A stretch of 64,000 bases of DNA, from positions 9,014,234-9,078,233 of the forward strand of contig OZ316894.1 in NCBI GenBank assembly GCA_973895155.1, given 5' to 3'. The stretch is from Marsupella aquatica. Lineage: Eukaryota; Plantae; Marchantiophyta. The position numbers and the translations under genes were made by a program. Below are positions 24,246 through 35,743 of the stretch, in pieces. Numbering within the stretch: the stretch's first letter is position 1; each line of letters begins with the position of its first letter. The notes under the pieces were generated by a model. It was given only the letters and a program-made list of their open reading frames with translations, had not been told where the DNA came from and did not search any database.

Positions 24246-25950
24246 CTAGTTAATAGTCACAGCGTTCGATCCTTTCTGCGACTGAAACTGCGAAAGAACC
24301 ACTTTCTTGTTTGGGCCACCATCGTTGTAGAAGTTCTTCAGAAACTGTCCATAAGTAAACTCGACATACTGAGGGGGGTGCTCCTCATCCACGAGAGCTG
24401 GAGCAGGCTTGATGTGAGCGGTCATAGCTGGTGACAAGAAGAGGGCTACAGATGTTCGTGATTGCGTCCTGTTGGTCACCACTCGGTGCAAACAGCTCGA
24501 GTATCTCCTATTGCTCAGGATCTGCACAGACCATGAATCGATGGTGACAAAAGAATCCTGGAAGTGATCAGCGAATAGCCGAGTTCCCAGCGGGGCGATG
24601 ATCAATTGAACTTGAAATGAAGACTACCAAATGTCAAGCATTAGCTACAGCTCAGGAAGATGATCAAGGAACATTTACCTGCAAGTGGTCACCCACATTC
24701 ACGACAAGAGCGTTCTCGAGGGATTTCACGTCAAACCAGAGACCATCCTTGTTCATCTGCAAGCCTGCAACTTGATTTTGCTGTAGGATGGTGATCGTGT
24801 TCGGATCGGAGTGTTCCCGGATGCCCATCGTCAGACTGGGGTCAGGGCAGGGAGGGTAATGATTTATCGCAAAAAGAACTCTTGCATCTGCGCACTCGTT
24901 GCGAATGTAGTCGCTTTCAAGGCCTAACGATTCGCTGATGATCTCCAGGAGTCTCCACCCCAACGCTTGCTGTTCCGTGGAGTATTGCATGATTGTCTCC
25001 CTGCAAGTATCAAACACACATATATACGGGTTATTATATATTAATTACATTGCTCCAAAGCCACTACTGCACTCCTCCGTTCCTCAATGATCAAGTTGCA
25101 TAAAAATTTGAGGTAAGTATCGACCGCAGTTCGAAGGGTCCGTCATTTCTGCACGCTCTAGTGAGGTGGTCACGGTCTCTCATATGAACTAGATCACAAC
25201 AATCTGTCAACAATCCGTCAGCAACACAACCAAAGTTGTGGCTACCGAGACTGTCGCCCAGATTGCGTCGGTACGTGACATAATCTGACCTCAACTAGGG
25301 ACTCTGCTACGAACGGTGCAAAATTGCAAAACAACTAGAAAAAAGTTACTTCTAAATTAAACCACGGCAAGCTGTCATTACCTGTAGCCTACTGGATGAT
25401 TAGGCCAGTACTCCATTGCGACTGCAGAGGCCGGCGCGCAGTTGATCTTCAAGACATCTCTCCAATCCCCTCTGCTACCCCCTCCGAAGTGAATCGGACC
25501 AGCAACTTTCTGCGGTGTGGTACAGCGAATTTTCTCTTCCACGGGAAGCGCGAAGAATTCCTCCGATTCGGTGAACATGTTTTCCAGCAATTTTAAGTCT
25601 GACCCGTGGTTAACGATCTGGAAAAACCCCCACTGGCAGGCCTTTCCGACAGCTCTCACCAACTCGTCCCGGGGAGACGCAAGATCAACGACCGGAAGAA
25701 AGGTCTGCGCGGTAACTGCGTCAACGATGGAAGAAGAATGTTGCCTCATACTCTCCGGCTTGATGTAGTACTCAGGAATGGCCTGGCCATCGTAGTTTCT
25801 CAATAACTCCCGCACCCCTTTTTCTTCCAGCATTGCGACGTCTCCCACTAGAGGTACCGCCTGCGATGCCGCGACGGACGTTCCACTAGTTTGCTGGTGC
25901 GACGGGCTGCAAGTCTGAGGAAGTGCTTCCATTGTCACTTCAAGCGCCAT
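24246..25950 (-). CDS. 2-oxoglutarate/Fe(II)-dependent dioxygenase (DOXC), copy 3, 388 aa
   Basis: Exons 25950-25382, 25000-24679 and 24521-24246 with GT-AG introns give an intact frame. HSD/H/RTS motifs are present, and the protein is nearly identical to copy 1. Confidence 0.93.
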
Positions 25951-25959
25951 AGTTCCTTG

Positions 25960-27290
25960 AGAGCTGTCGGCACAGACAAACACGATTGAACTCAGACCGC
26001 AATGCAGCACGGATAGATTGAACGGAAATGCACCTGAGAAGTTACGGAAGGAACGACTACTTAGAAGACCGAGAGCCGTAAGCACAGACAAATTCTTGTC
26101 AAGTCTATTGAACGCAGACCTCGATGCATCACAAATATATAATATGGCATGCAATACTACAGAGAAATACAAAGGGAGGAACCACCAAGAGACCCAGAGC
26201 TGTCGGCACAGACAAATTCGTTCGTTTCACGATTGAACGCAGACCTCGATGCAGCACGGATGGATGGCAATGCCACTAGCTGAGAAACGCAAAGGTAGGA
26301 ACCACCAAGAAACCAAGAGCTCTAGAGTTTCACGATTGAAGCCAGACCTCCACGCAGGACCGATAGCCCGAACGGCAATTCTACTGAGACTCAACGAAGC
26401 CCAGATCACCGATAGCCCGAACGGCAATTCTACTGAGACTCAACGAAGCCCGAAGCACCGATAGCCCGAACGGCAATTCTACTGAGACTCAACGAAGACC
26501 AGAGCGGCAATGCTAGTGAGACCCGCAAGAGAAGGCCAGAATGGCAATGCTACTGAGAAACTCAAAGGAAGGAACAACCAAAAGACGAACCGCTCGAGAG
26601 CTGTTACCTGAGAAACGCAAAGAAATGAACCAAAAGAAGAACCGAGCGCTGTCGTCAAAGGAAATTTAGTTTCACGATTGAACCCAGACCACAATGCAGC
26701 ACGGATAGATCGAAGGGCAATGCTAGTGAGAAACTCAAAGCAAGGAACTAAACGACGAACCGCTCGAGAGCTGTCACCTGAGAATCGCAAAGAAATGAAT
26801 CAAAAGAAGAACCGAGAGCTGTCGTCACAGACAAATTCGTTTCACGATTGAACGCAGGCCCCAATGCAGCACGGATAGATCGAATCGCAATGCTACTGCG
26901 AAACTCAAACGAAGGAACCACTTAGACGAACCGCTCGAGAGCTGTCATCTGAGAATCGCAAAGAAATGAACCAAACGAAGAACCGAGAGCTGTCGTCACA
27001 GACAAATTCGTTTCACGATTGAACGCAGAACCCAATGCAGCACGGATAGATCGAATGGCTATGCTACTGAGAAACTCAAAGGAAGGAACCAAACGACGAA
27101 CCGCTCGAGAGCTGTCACCTGAGAATCGCAAAGTTCTAATGAACCAAAAGAAGAACCGAGAGCTGTCGTCGTAGACAAATTCGTTTCACGATTGAACGCA
27201 GACCCCAATGCACCCCAATGCAGCACGGATAGATCGAATCGCAATGCTACTGCGAAACTCAAACGAAGGAATCACATAGACGACCAGATC
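25960..27290 (-). repeat. Expanded tandem array (~170-bp units plus a 49-bp sub-array) in the 5' leader of DOXC copy 3
   Basis: CGCTCGAGAGCTGT recurs at ~26592, 26761, 26932 and 27102. ACCGATAGCCCGAACGGCAATTCTACTGAGACTCAACGAAG recurs at ~26359, 26408 and 26457. Confidence 0.9.
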
Positions 27291-27362
27291 GCGAGCTCGC
27301 CGATGAGTAATGAGTTTGGAAATCTAGAGACCGAAAGTGAGCTTAAATAAGGACGACTCGAA

Positions 27363-27370
27363 TATTTATA
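27363..27370 (-). promoter_or_regulatory. Putative TATA box of DOXC copy 3
   Basis: Minus strand reads CCATGTACG-TATAAATA. The CCATGTACGT context is conserved upstream of copy 1 (~14542) and copy 2 (~18772). Confidence 0.5.
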
Positions 27371-30300
27371 CGTACATGGTAACTATGAGCGGCGACGTAC
27401 ATTGACAAGTTACCACGGCAAAAAGTGAGAAGACGACGCCACCGTTGTACGGTTATAGATGTGGACTCTGCCAGGTGTGGATCGAGTACGGGGCGGCCCG
27501 CAGTGATCAGCGTAATCAAATGAATTGGTACTCTACTAATTTTGTTCAGGGTGAGTAATATTTTACTAAGCTAGCCCCTAAGTTGCCCCGACAACTTTTT
27601 TGATGAGAAAGCTGCCCCAAGGATTTGATCGTAGGCGTACATTTCTCACGCATTTGAGTTTGTTATGGCGGTCTCTTTCAAATTGGTAGTAACTTAATTA
27701 GTTTAGGGCGGAGCCCAAATCTAAAGCCAGGATGGACCAAGCTGGACATTGTCCTTGCCTATCCCCATTGTCTACGTGCATGATAGTTGTTTTTACACCA
27801 AAAGAGAGGAACTGGTCAAGGATCTTAGTTGATCAGTTTGACTATCTTGTGGAGAAAATAGTAAGATATATGTCATGTCATGTTTTTAGAAAATAACCTC
27901 AATTCAATGTAATGGCTCACTAATGTTCCCATAGAAAATTGGAGCTTCTTTGCTTGAAGCTCCAATCTCAGCCCAATTGAAAGCAAACATAATCATGGAT
28001 AATGAGATTAAAGGTGTGATGAAAAACATTTGCGCAACTCCATCACTCTCATATCATGGATTCAAGCCCTCCACTTAAACCACAACTGCCCTTATAGAGA
28101 GCGGGTTACCCATAGCTCTTACTCTTAAGTGCACAGGTTCATGAATGAACTTGAGCTCCACAAAAAAGGTGATGAGTGCTCCACCTTTTATGGTGAGACA
28201 ATGTTCACCACAGGACAGGAATGATTGAGGAGTAGTGAGGGAGGGAATGGCCGGGGCTTTTATATGGGCAGGTGTGGTCTAACAAAATTGTTAGGTTGTC
28301 ATGAACTTCACAAGTACATGGCAAGACTGCAAAATGTGTATGACGTCGTGACAACTCTAAAATGCTAGCAATGTAAACCTTACCTTTGAATTTCATTGAC
28401 AGATTCATTTGGGTTGATTTATTTGACTTTTGGGATCTCCATTTGAGATCAAAGTTTTCCAAATAAAAAGTGGTTTTCTTGTGAGAAGATGCTAAGAATA
28501 TTAGTTTATTATCCAATTTTCATGGTTTACTATTTTCAACCAGTAGATATTCCTATATAAGGATAGCCATGGATTCTGGCTAGGTGGGTGGAAGACAAAA
28601 CGACCTGATGAATTTTTGCCAAAAGTAGAGGTGATTTTTCAGTGATTGAAGTGGACTTTAGTGAGTTTTCACCACTTTAAAAAATACAGGCAAGAAGTAA
28701 GGGTAGGTCTAAGTATCTGTGCCACTGTGATTGATGTGATTTCTAGGATAACTATATGTTACACTGCCAAAAAAAATGCATCAAACCTGAGGATTTCAAA
28801 CTATGGCAAAGACCCAAGGAAGGAGAGAAAATAAATCACGGACAGAATTCAGAAGGAAAAGCTGGAAGGAAAGAGGAGCCAGGGAGGCAGTAGCCAGAAT
28901 GATGTCTGCTTGCAGACCACAACAGTACATTCAAGCTACTGTTGGGTTAAATAGCTTTAGTGTCTAGATCGCAATCCCATTGCACTACGTCAGTATTGTT
29001 TTTAGTGGCACTTTACTGAAAGTATCAACCTCTTTTGCCAAAATATATATTGGCTTTTTAATCAAAATAGTCATTTGCTGAAGTTGTATTTACTACATTG
29101 ATAATTATGTTTTTTGTCGCACTTTTTGTTTGTCAGTTTAGTGAATTGACCACCTCAGGTTAGAGCAAGACAATCCAACAGCCCGTCACTCAAGATTTTG
29201 GAATTTGACAGTCTACATGATCCTCAAGGGAAGGTAGGTTTCTTGGAGTTTGCCCTCCTCCATATATTACTCATGTTTATGGCTCACTCTGGTTAGTTTC
29301 TGAGTGAATTATGAACAAGATCTCCTAGAGAACACTCAACTTCCAAAGATCCGCCCCAGCTCTTTGGAAAGAGGAGTAAATGAGCTTTTGAACAAGCCCT
29401 TGAACAAGCCAGTTTTTGCTTGATTTTTATTTGATTTGAGAAAGTTATCAACCCCAAATGGTATGTGGCTATAATTGCATTTCGTGTGTTTGGTCCAAAT
29501 TTTCATATTCATATTGTGGATAGAATTTGTCAAACAATACTCTCTAAGAGTTCACCATATCTCTCTAGAAAGATAATTGAATGAGCTTTCTAACAAGATA
29601 ATTTTCACTTCATTCTGAATTTATCTGAGAGAGTTATGAACCCCGAAAGCAACATGGGTAAATAAAGCAACCTGCCCACGACTCAAGTAAGGGAGAATCT
29701 AGAGCGAGGGTAGTTAAATTAAAGCAAGGGTAATGTAGATCACAATCATACAGAGATCTTGACTGACGTGAGTGGGCGAATTGTACTTTCCTAACCTGTG
29801 GTAATTCAGTTAACTAACAAACAAAAAATGGTAACAATGTCATAATTAAAGAAACAGATGGCTTAGTATGTATTTCAACAAACAAACATGGCAATGCATT
29901 TACCCAGTTTTACTATACTAGGGTCCCCCAAACTGAGCATGTTACAGAGCTTCCCCAACAGCTGAGAGATATCAATGCTTATTTAATAGACCCCCAACCT
30001 AAAAAACTTTAATTACCTAATGATCAACCCCCTTGAAACTCTTCTTGCCTGATCAACTCCAGTCATACAAAATGTCCTTCTAAAGTGAGATTTTGGGTTA
30101 GAAGGACCAATGAAACTAATTATATAGGTAAACCGTGACTATAGGCCTTTGTACCATCAACCTTGCTAGCTCAATTTCACAGACAGTGACTGTACCCGGT
30201 CAAGCCACATGGCTGCACAGTCATAAATAATCATCATCATAAATTTGGCCGCGCCGTTCATTTCTTTGTTGTAAAACAGTATTTGTCATATATGTTTTTC

Positions 30301-30479
30301 CATTAGGTTTTTTTGAGACTCTGTGCTTGATGTGATACCGGGTGTGATACATGAAGACTTGTTGTGATACTGAAGACTGTGTGCCCCCCAAAATAATGGT
30401 ATGCCACCAGTGAAGTTACTTTTAACTCCACTTCCCAGCCATGACAGTGATTCCATTGGTTGTCCTGCTAACCTGCAGT

Positions 30480-32804
30480 CAAAGTTACATGTCCCCCAGA
30501 TTCCTGTTCTCAACCCCATCGAGCTTTCGTGGAATGAGATATACCGAAGGAATTTGGAAAGCATGGATTCAGATTTGGGGGAACTTGCACTGGAGCTCTT
30601 CCTCTCTCGCCATTCCTGCTCGATGGCGCATAGCAGACCTCCTCAGAATATACTTTCGCACTCATTGTTTCCCAGCTCCAGTTCTTCCTCTCATTACTTC
30701 TGCTTGCTCCCGATTAAATATTCGTTGTGTACTAGATCTTTGGAACACGCATGTAGGTATCTGGATTGATTTTTCGAACAGGATCTCTAGGTTACGTGGA
30801 CTAGGGGCTTCGAATATCATTGTTCTTACCAACATACTTCGGCTTTTTCAGGATGGCCCTCCACCATCAGGTTCTTCCTCCTTTGTTCCAGCTCAATGGT
30901 TTTGGAAGGGACTCAAAAATCACCACTCCCCACGGGTTCTCAGTAGCGTTCAGGCATATAAATTTATTGACCAATCTGACGCAGACTCTCGTTCGCTGAA
31001 CATCAGATGGGGCTCCTCAGATTCCCCCTCCACATGGCAAAGGAGATGGAGGCGGTTATGGAGATCAGATTTGTCAAATCGTGGGAAAATTTTTATATGG
31101 CGGGTCCTGGCCAGTATCTCCTCGGTTCCTTCACCTTTCCCCCCACACTTGAGCCAGTTATGCTGGATTCACAGTCAGGCTGCTTTCTGGCTCCTAGTTG
31201 CCTCTCCCTAACGCTTCCTCAGACCACTTGGGGCTAATTATCAAGTGGTTGTCAAGGGGGTAGCTCCACAGCAGATTCACCGATTCCATATCCTCCGGGT
31301 GACGGTGTTGACTGGTCCCGTCTGGGTGACAGAGCGGTCTGGGTTCTCTACAGTTTTTGGAGCGCCCTGTTCGGTGGGACCTCACGGTCGGCATACCTTC
31401 TCATGGCCTCTTTTCTGAGGGTGGGCAGGGTTGATATTTCCGGCATTGGTTATTGATGGTTCATTCTCCAGCTCAATGGTTGTTTCTCCAGCACAATTCT
31501 GTTCCACCTACACGTTTGAGCTTTGCAGCTGTTCTTCTTCACGTTCTCGACTGACACAACAGTAGCTCTCTCCGTATATAGCTTCTGGCTCCTCGCACAT
31601 AAAGTTGGAGAAACCAGGTTTGTTTCACGCATATTATGAATTGCGTATAGATAGTCGATTTCGGGTCCATCCTCTTTCTGCTCCTTTGGCTCATCTCGTG
31701 TCACCAGCCATTAGTGTTCTAGCATATTCTCTTGGTAAGGACTGGGTCATAACACATGCCTCAATCTATTGCTCGCCAACGTCTGCTTTCTGCCATGCTC
31801 CTCTGACAGTCATTTTTGATTGGTTTCCTGTCCGGGTTATATTCTGGGTACCAAGCTCTCTCCATTCTCTACTGGTTTGGCCTACTCGAATTCTGGAGGG
31901 AAGTTATGGAGCACCCGTGGGTTGGCTATTTTCCTTTCATCGTTGTCAGGGTCTGATAGTCCCTCGATCCACGGCTATTGCAGATCTTCTCCGATCGTTA
32001 TGGTTGGAGACAAATAGAAATCTAGATTGAAGAGAAGAGGTGGGGCGCGTAAGATATTCTCTTTGTGTTTAGATCCTTATGTGGGACACCCTCCTTGGTC
32101 CCTCTTCAGCGCAAGAAGGGGGCATCCGTTCTCTGCCATCTGGCTGTGCTTATTGGCCGAGCTGGAGGACAAAGACAGGCAGATAATGTTTTGATGGGTT
32201 TCCCAAAATTCATGGATACTAACATCAGGGAGACTTCATCATTGATCGTCGTCAATCTGGTCCGTCAAAGATTCCCCATTCCAACAGTGCAAAGATTGTG
32301 GATCTGGAGATTGGTTGAATCCTTCCGGGTCTTCCTTTTCTATGGATGGGTGGAAGACAATGGAATTATTGGGATCTGAGACATCTGGCGACGGTGCAGA
32401 TTGGCAGTCTGGGGAGAATGGAGTGTGCCTGTTGCCCAGTTTCTTTCCTGGCTGTTTCCTGATTGGATGGCTGTTATTGGATGCATGGTGGCTGCTTCTG
32501 GTTGCATGGAATTACTCGGCGTAGTTTTCTGGTTGGTCCTCCTCATTCTGGGGAGGCTCCTTCCCTTTTATTCTGCCCCTCCTCTTTGGCAGTTTGGGTT
32601 GGTGGTTCCCATCTATATCTCTATGGGGATGCTCCTTCTCCCGGCCCCCCTTAATTGCTCGTTTTTTTCTCTCTGTCTCCTTCCTCCAGGCAGTTTTCTT
32701 TGGTTTTCCCTAGCCTTCCTTGTTGTTGTGCCCTCGGGCTTCCTTGTGGAATAAAGTTTCGGGGCTCTGCCTTACCAAACAAAAACCAAAAAAACAAAAA
32801 AAAA
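30480..32804 (+). mobile_element. 5'-truncated, degenerate LINE (L1-like) remnant with A-rich tail
   Basis: TWQRRWRRLWRSDLSNRGKIFIWRV resembles the zf-RVT region C-terminal to plant L1 RT. Frames are broken, and an A-rich tail lies at ~32777-32804. Internal boundaries are uncertain. Confidence 0.7.
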
Positions 32805-35743
32805 GTTACATGTCCCCAGCTTGGTCACGGCCTAAGGTGCAGCAGTATGTGCAAGTCTCTCAACTCGCAGCCATATGTGTTTGGGACCAATTCAACTCAG
32901 AGCCCCGCTTTCTCTTTGAGGAAATGGCCCTATTTATAAGTTGCCATATTTGGCTATGGATGAAAGTGTGTGAGGAGGTCAAAGGTTGAAGGGCAAGTTG
33001 TAAAGCAATGCAAGACCGACACTCAATTAATTGAGTGCGATACTTCAAGCAATAGAGCAGTTCGCAAGAAGAGTGTTAGATATTGCTCTAGTCTTGTGAC
33101 TCATGAGCTAACCACAGTTAGTCTAACTCGGGTTAGGACTTAGCTAATGTTAGCGGTAGTGCTGGTGTGCATATAGCCAGGGCTGATGTCAAACCCTGGT
33201 GGAACTTAGGCTCATTGTTACGGAGCTAGTTGAGAGATAGGGAGAGCTTGTGCTATGGATGTTTGGTATGGCCGGTCGGCCTAGAGTGCAGTAAAGCTCT
33301 TGTGTGTTCCCGTGGACGTAGCCTCATGTGGAGGTGAACCACGTATCTCTCTGTGTCGACTCTTGTGCGTTGGATGGTTCATGGGCTTGCTGTTACGAAT
33401 GTCGTCTATGCTCAACAAAGAGCACTCAACTGAGCCCAATACTACATGGGTGGAGCCAGGGTTTAAGGTGCATGGGAAGGTGCATGACTGATCTACTGTA
33501 GTTCTCACCAGGTTTGTGCGAATCTTTGCAAAGCTTTCAAAATGTGATATACAGTTCATATTACATCATTGCCAAAACACAAACAACTCCTAACTGAGGC
33601 CTTATTGTTTGCTTATCTCATTGGTCAATGCACCAGATATTTCTCTAGACAGTACGTTTCTAAAGTATGTACGTTCCTAAAGTATGTACGTAGGAACTCT
33701 ATAAAAAATGAAAAAAATATTAACCAAGGATTTCCTTCTCAAGCCAGTTGCATAGGTTGAAATTTCAAATCCCTTTGACAAATTGCAGGGAAAAAATGCC
33801 TAATGAGCATGCAAGGTCCCAACTTGGGTCCCAAAGGTGCAAAGTGGGGTGCAAAGACTTAACCAAAGGGGAAGAAACATGAGTTGCAAGGAAAAGAACC
33901 CTGTATTAACACTAAAAGTGTTTGTCCCCCCCCCCCTCCTCCTCCTCCCCCACGCTCTTCCCCCTAAATGTCAGGGACTTCATAAAATTACCTCCAAAAC
34001 TTACACCCTTAAAGTTTCAATTGAAATTTCCAGTAATACCCCTCCAATTTCTTGAGTAAGCCACGGTGTCACTCCCTTGCTTCTCACAACAGCCATAGCT
34101 CCGGTTGACTTGCAACACATCATAGACAATATTTAAGTTAGTGTGTGATATATTGGAAAGCATCCGTCAGTGTCTTGCCAGATTAGACATTGCTAATTAG
34201 TTTGTGTTTACTGTGCCATATGGGCTTCCCTCCCTTTTTACTCTCAATAGAAGTTGACAAGGGTGCTGGCAAAAGGTAAACTTACTTGCATTCCAGAGAT
34301 TGAATTAGAAAGGATATTTTTATAGTTTCACAAACCTTAGGGTATTTTTGGTATTTTTGGTAAATTGCAGCATTTTGGGAAATCTGGTACTTGTCCCTTA
34401 TGATAGTTACATATACCGCCCAGGGTGATCTCACAAAGGTCTGTGACCTAATCTGTCTTGGTCAGCTTAACTGCTGCACAGACTGCTGTCCGGCCAGGCA
34501 TTGTTATGCCCCCATCCCAACTATGTCCGCCTCCCTCCTTTGCAACTCATAACTGTTCTCTACTCACCCTATCATGATTTCATCTCCCCTGTGTAACTGT
34601 GAGCACAGCATTGACACAAGGTTCAAGAGACTGGCAGCGGGAAGAGTCACAAAGGGGTGGCGAGATGGGACTGCGGGCCTACTGGCAACCATGATGGAGG
34701 AGTCAACAAGTAGGTCATCACAACTGTTAATTAGTGTAAAGGTTTTGGAAAAAAAAACAGACAGAAACTTCGTGCAGGTTAGGGGTGTCATTTCCAACTT
34801 TTCCAACCTTTGGAAAATGAGTCCTCTATTTGTTGTTGCTAGAGTGCAAGTTTTGTCAAGGTGTTGTGAAGCATAAGTGAGATGGCCAGACAGTCAAACA
34901 TTTGGGGAATCAACAACTCAATCCAGTAACTGGATTTCAGGGAGTGTGCAAATTGTGGGTAGAAGGATAGGTTGGGCAAATTAATGAAAGCTGCAAAGTG
35001 ACACCTTGAGGTTCATCATGCTTAGCAGAAAGTATGATCATAAAACCACTAGGGAGGTTTCTGATCCAGATTGCAAATGTCTGTTGAGACCATGGCAAAG
35101 AAAGATCCCCATTGCAAATCCCAGTGTTTAGATAGATGGAAACGAAGAATTATAATAAATCAATTGTAAGGAATTTTTGAGAGGCATTATATATGGATGC
35201 TGGCTCCAGAGTTTCCATTAGGCTTTGGGAAGGGACCATGCTGCTGCAATTTACTGCACAGCTGCTGAGCTTTGAGTAGGCAAGCGGCAATTGAGAAGGG
35301 AAGAAATTGATCACCTACTGCAAAGGTTGGGGAAGGAATTGATCTTCTAGGGGAAACAAAAAAAAAACATTTCTAGGAGAATTGATTATGTCTGGACGAA
35401 CTCAAACATCGAGAGCACAAATTTCAGGAGGAGTTGATTTTGTGGGGCTGAAATCGATGATTCGTCGGAGAAATTGATCGTCTCGGAAACCTGAATGTGG
35501 ACAAGTCTACTAGAAGCAGGGGAAGTGTGCCAAGCTTCATACTGAAGCTTTCGTGCTTGAGAAGGTGGCAGTTATCACGGATAAATTACGGAAGGTGGAG
35601 CTTGTAGCACCTCGTGCCTTCTTAGGCTCGCAATTCTCGTTACGGGCAATTTTTCAAGGGAGTGTAGATCCAGAGCTAGGAGGTTTAGGTCTGGTCTTAA
35701 AGGAAGGCGCAAGGAAAGTGAACATTATAGAGCGGCAGAAGAA

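Noticed and set aside
25951-26172. N-terminal extension of DOXC copy 3 suggested by the ORF track
   Set aside because: It starts at a non-ATG codon within the leader repeat. The paralogues support the ATG at 25950.
25960-27290. CRISPR-like reading of the regularly spaced repeats
   Set aside because: The whole units are homologous with no unique spacers, there are no cas genes, and the context is eukaryotic.
34480-34980. Possible upstream IFT144 exons
   Set aside because: No WD40-like translation was found. The region shows weak inverted similarity more like a decayed MITE, too degenerate to call.
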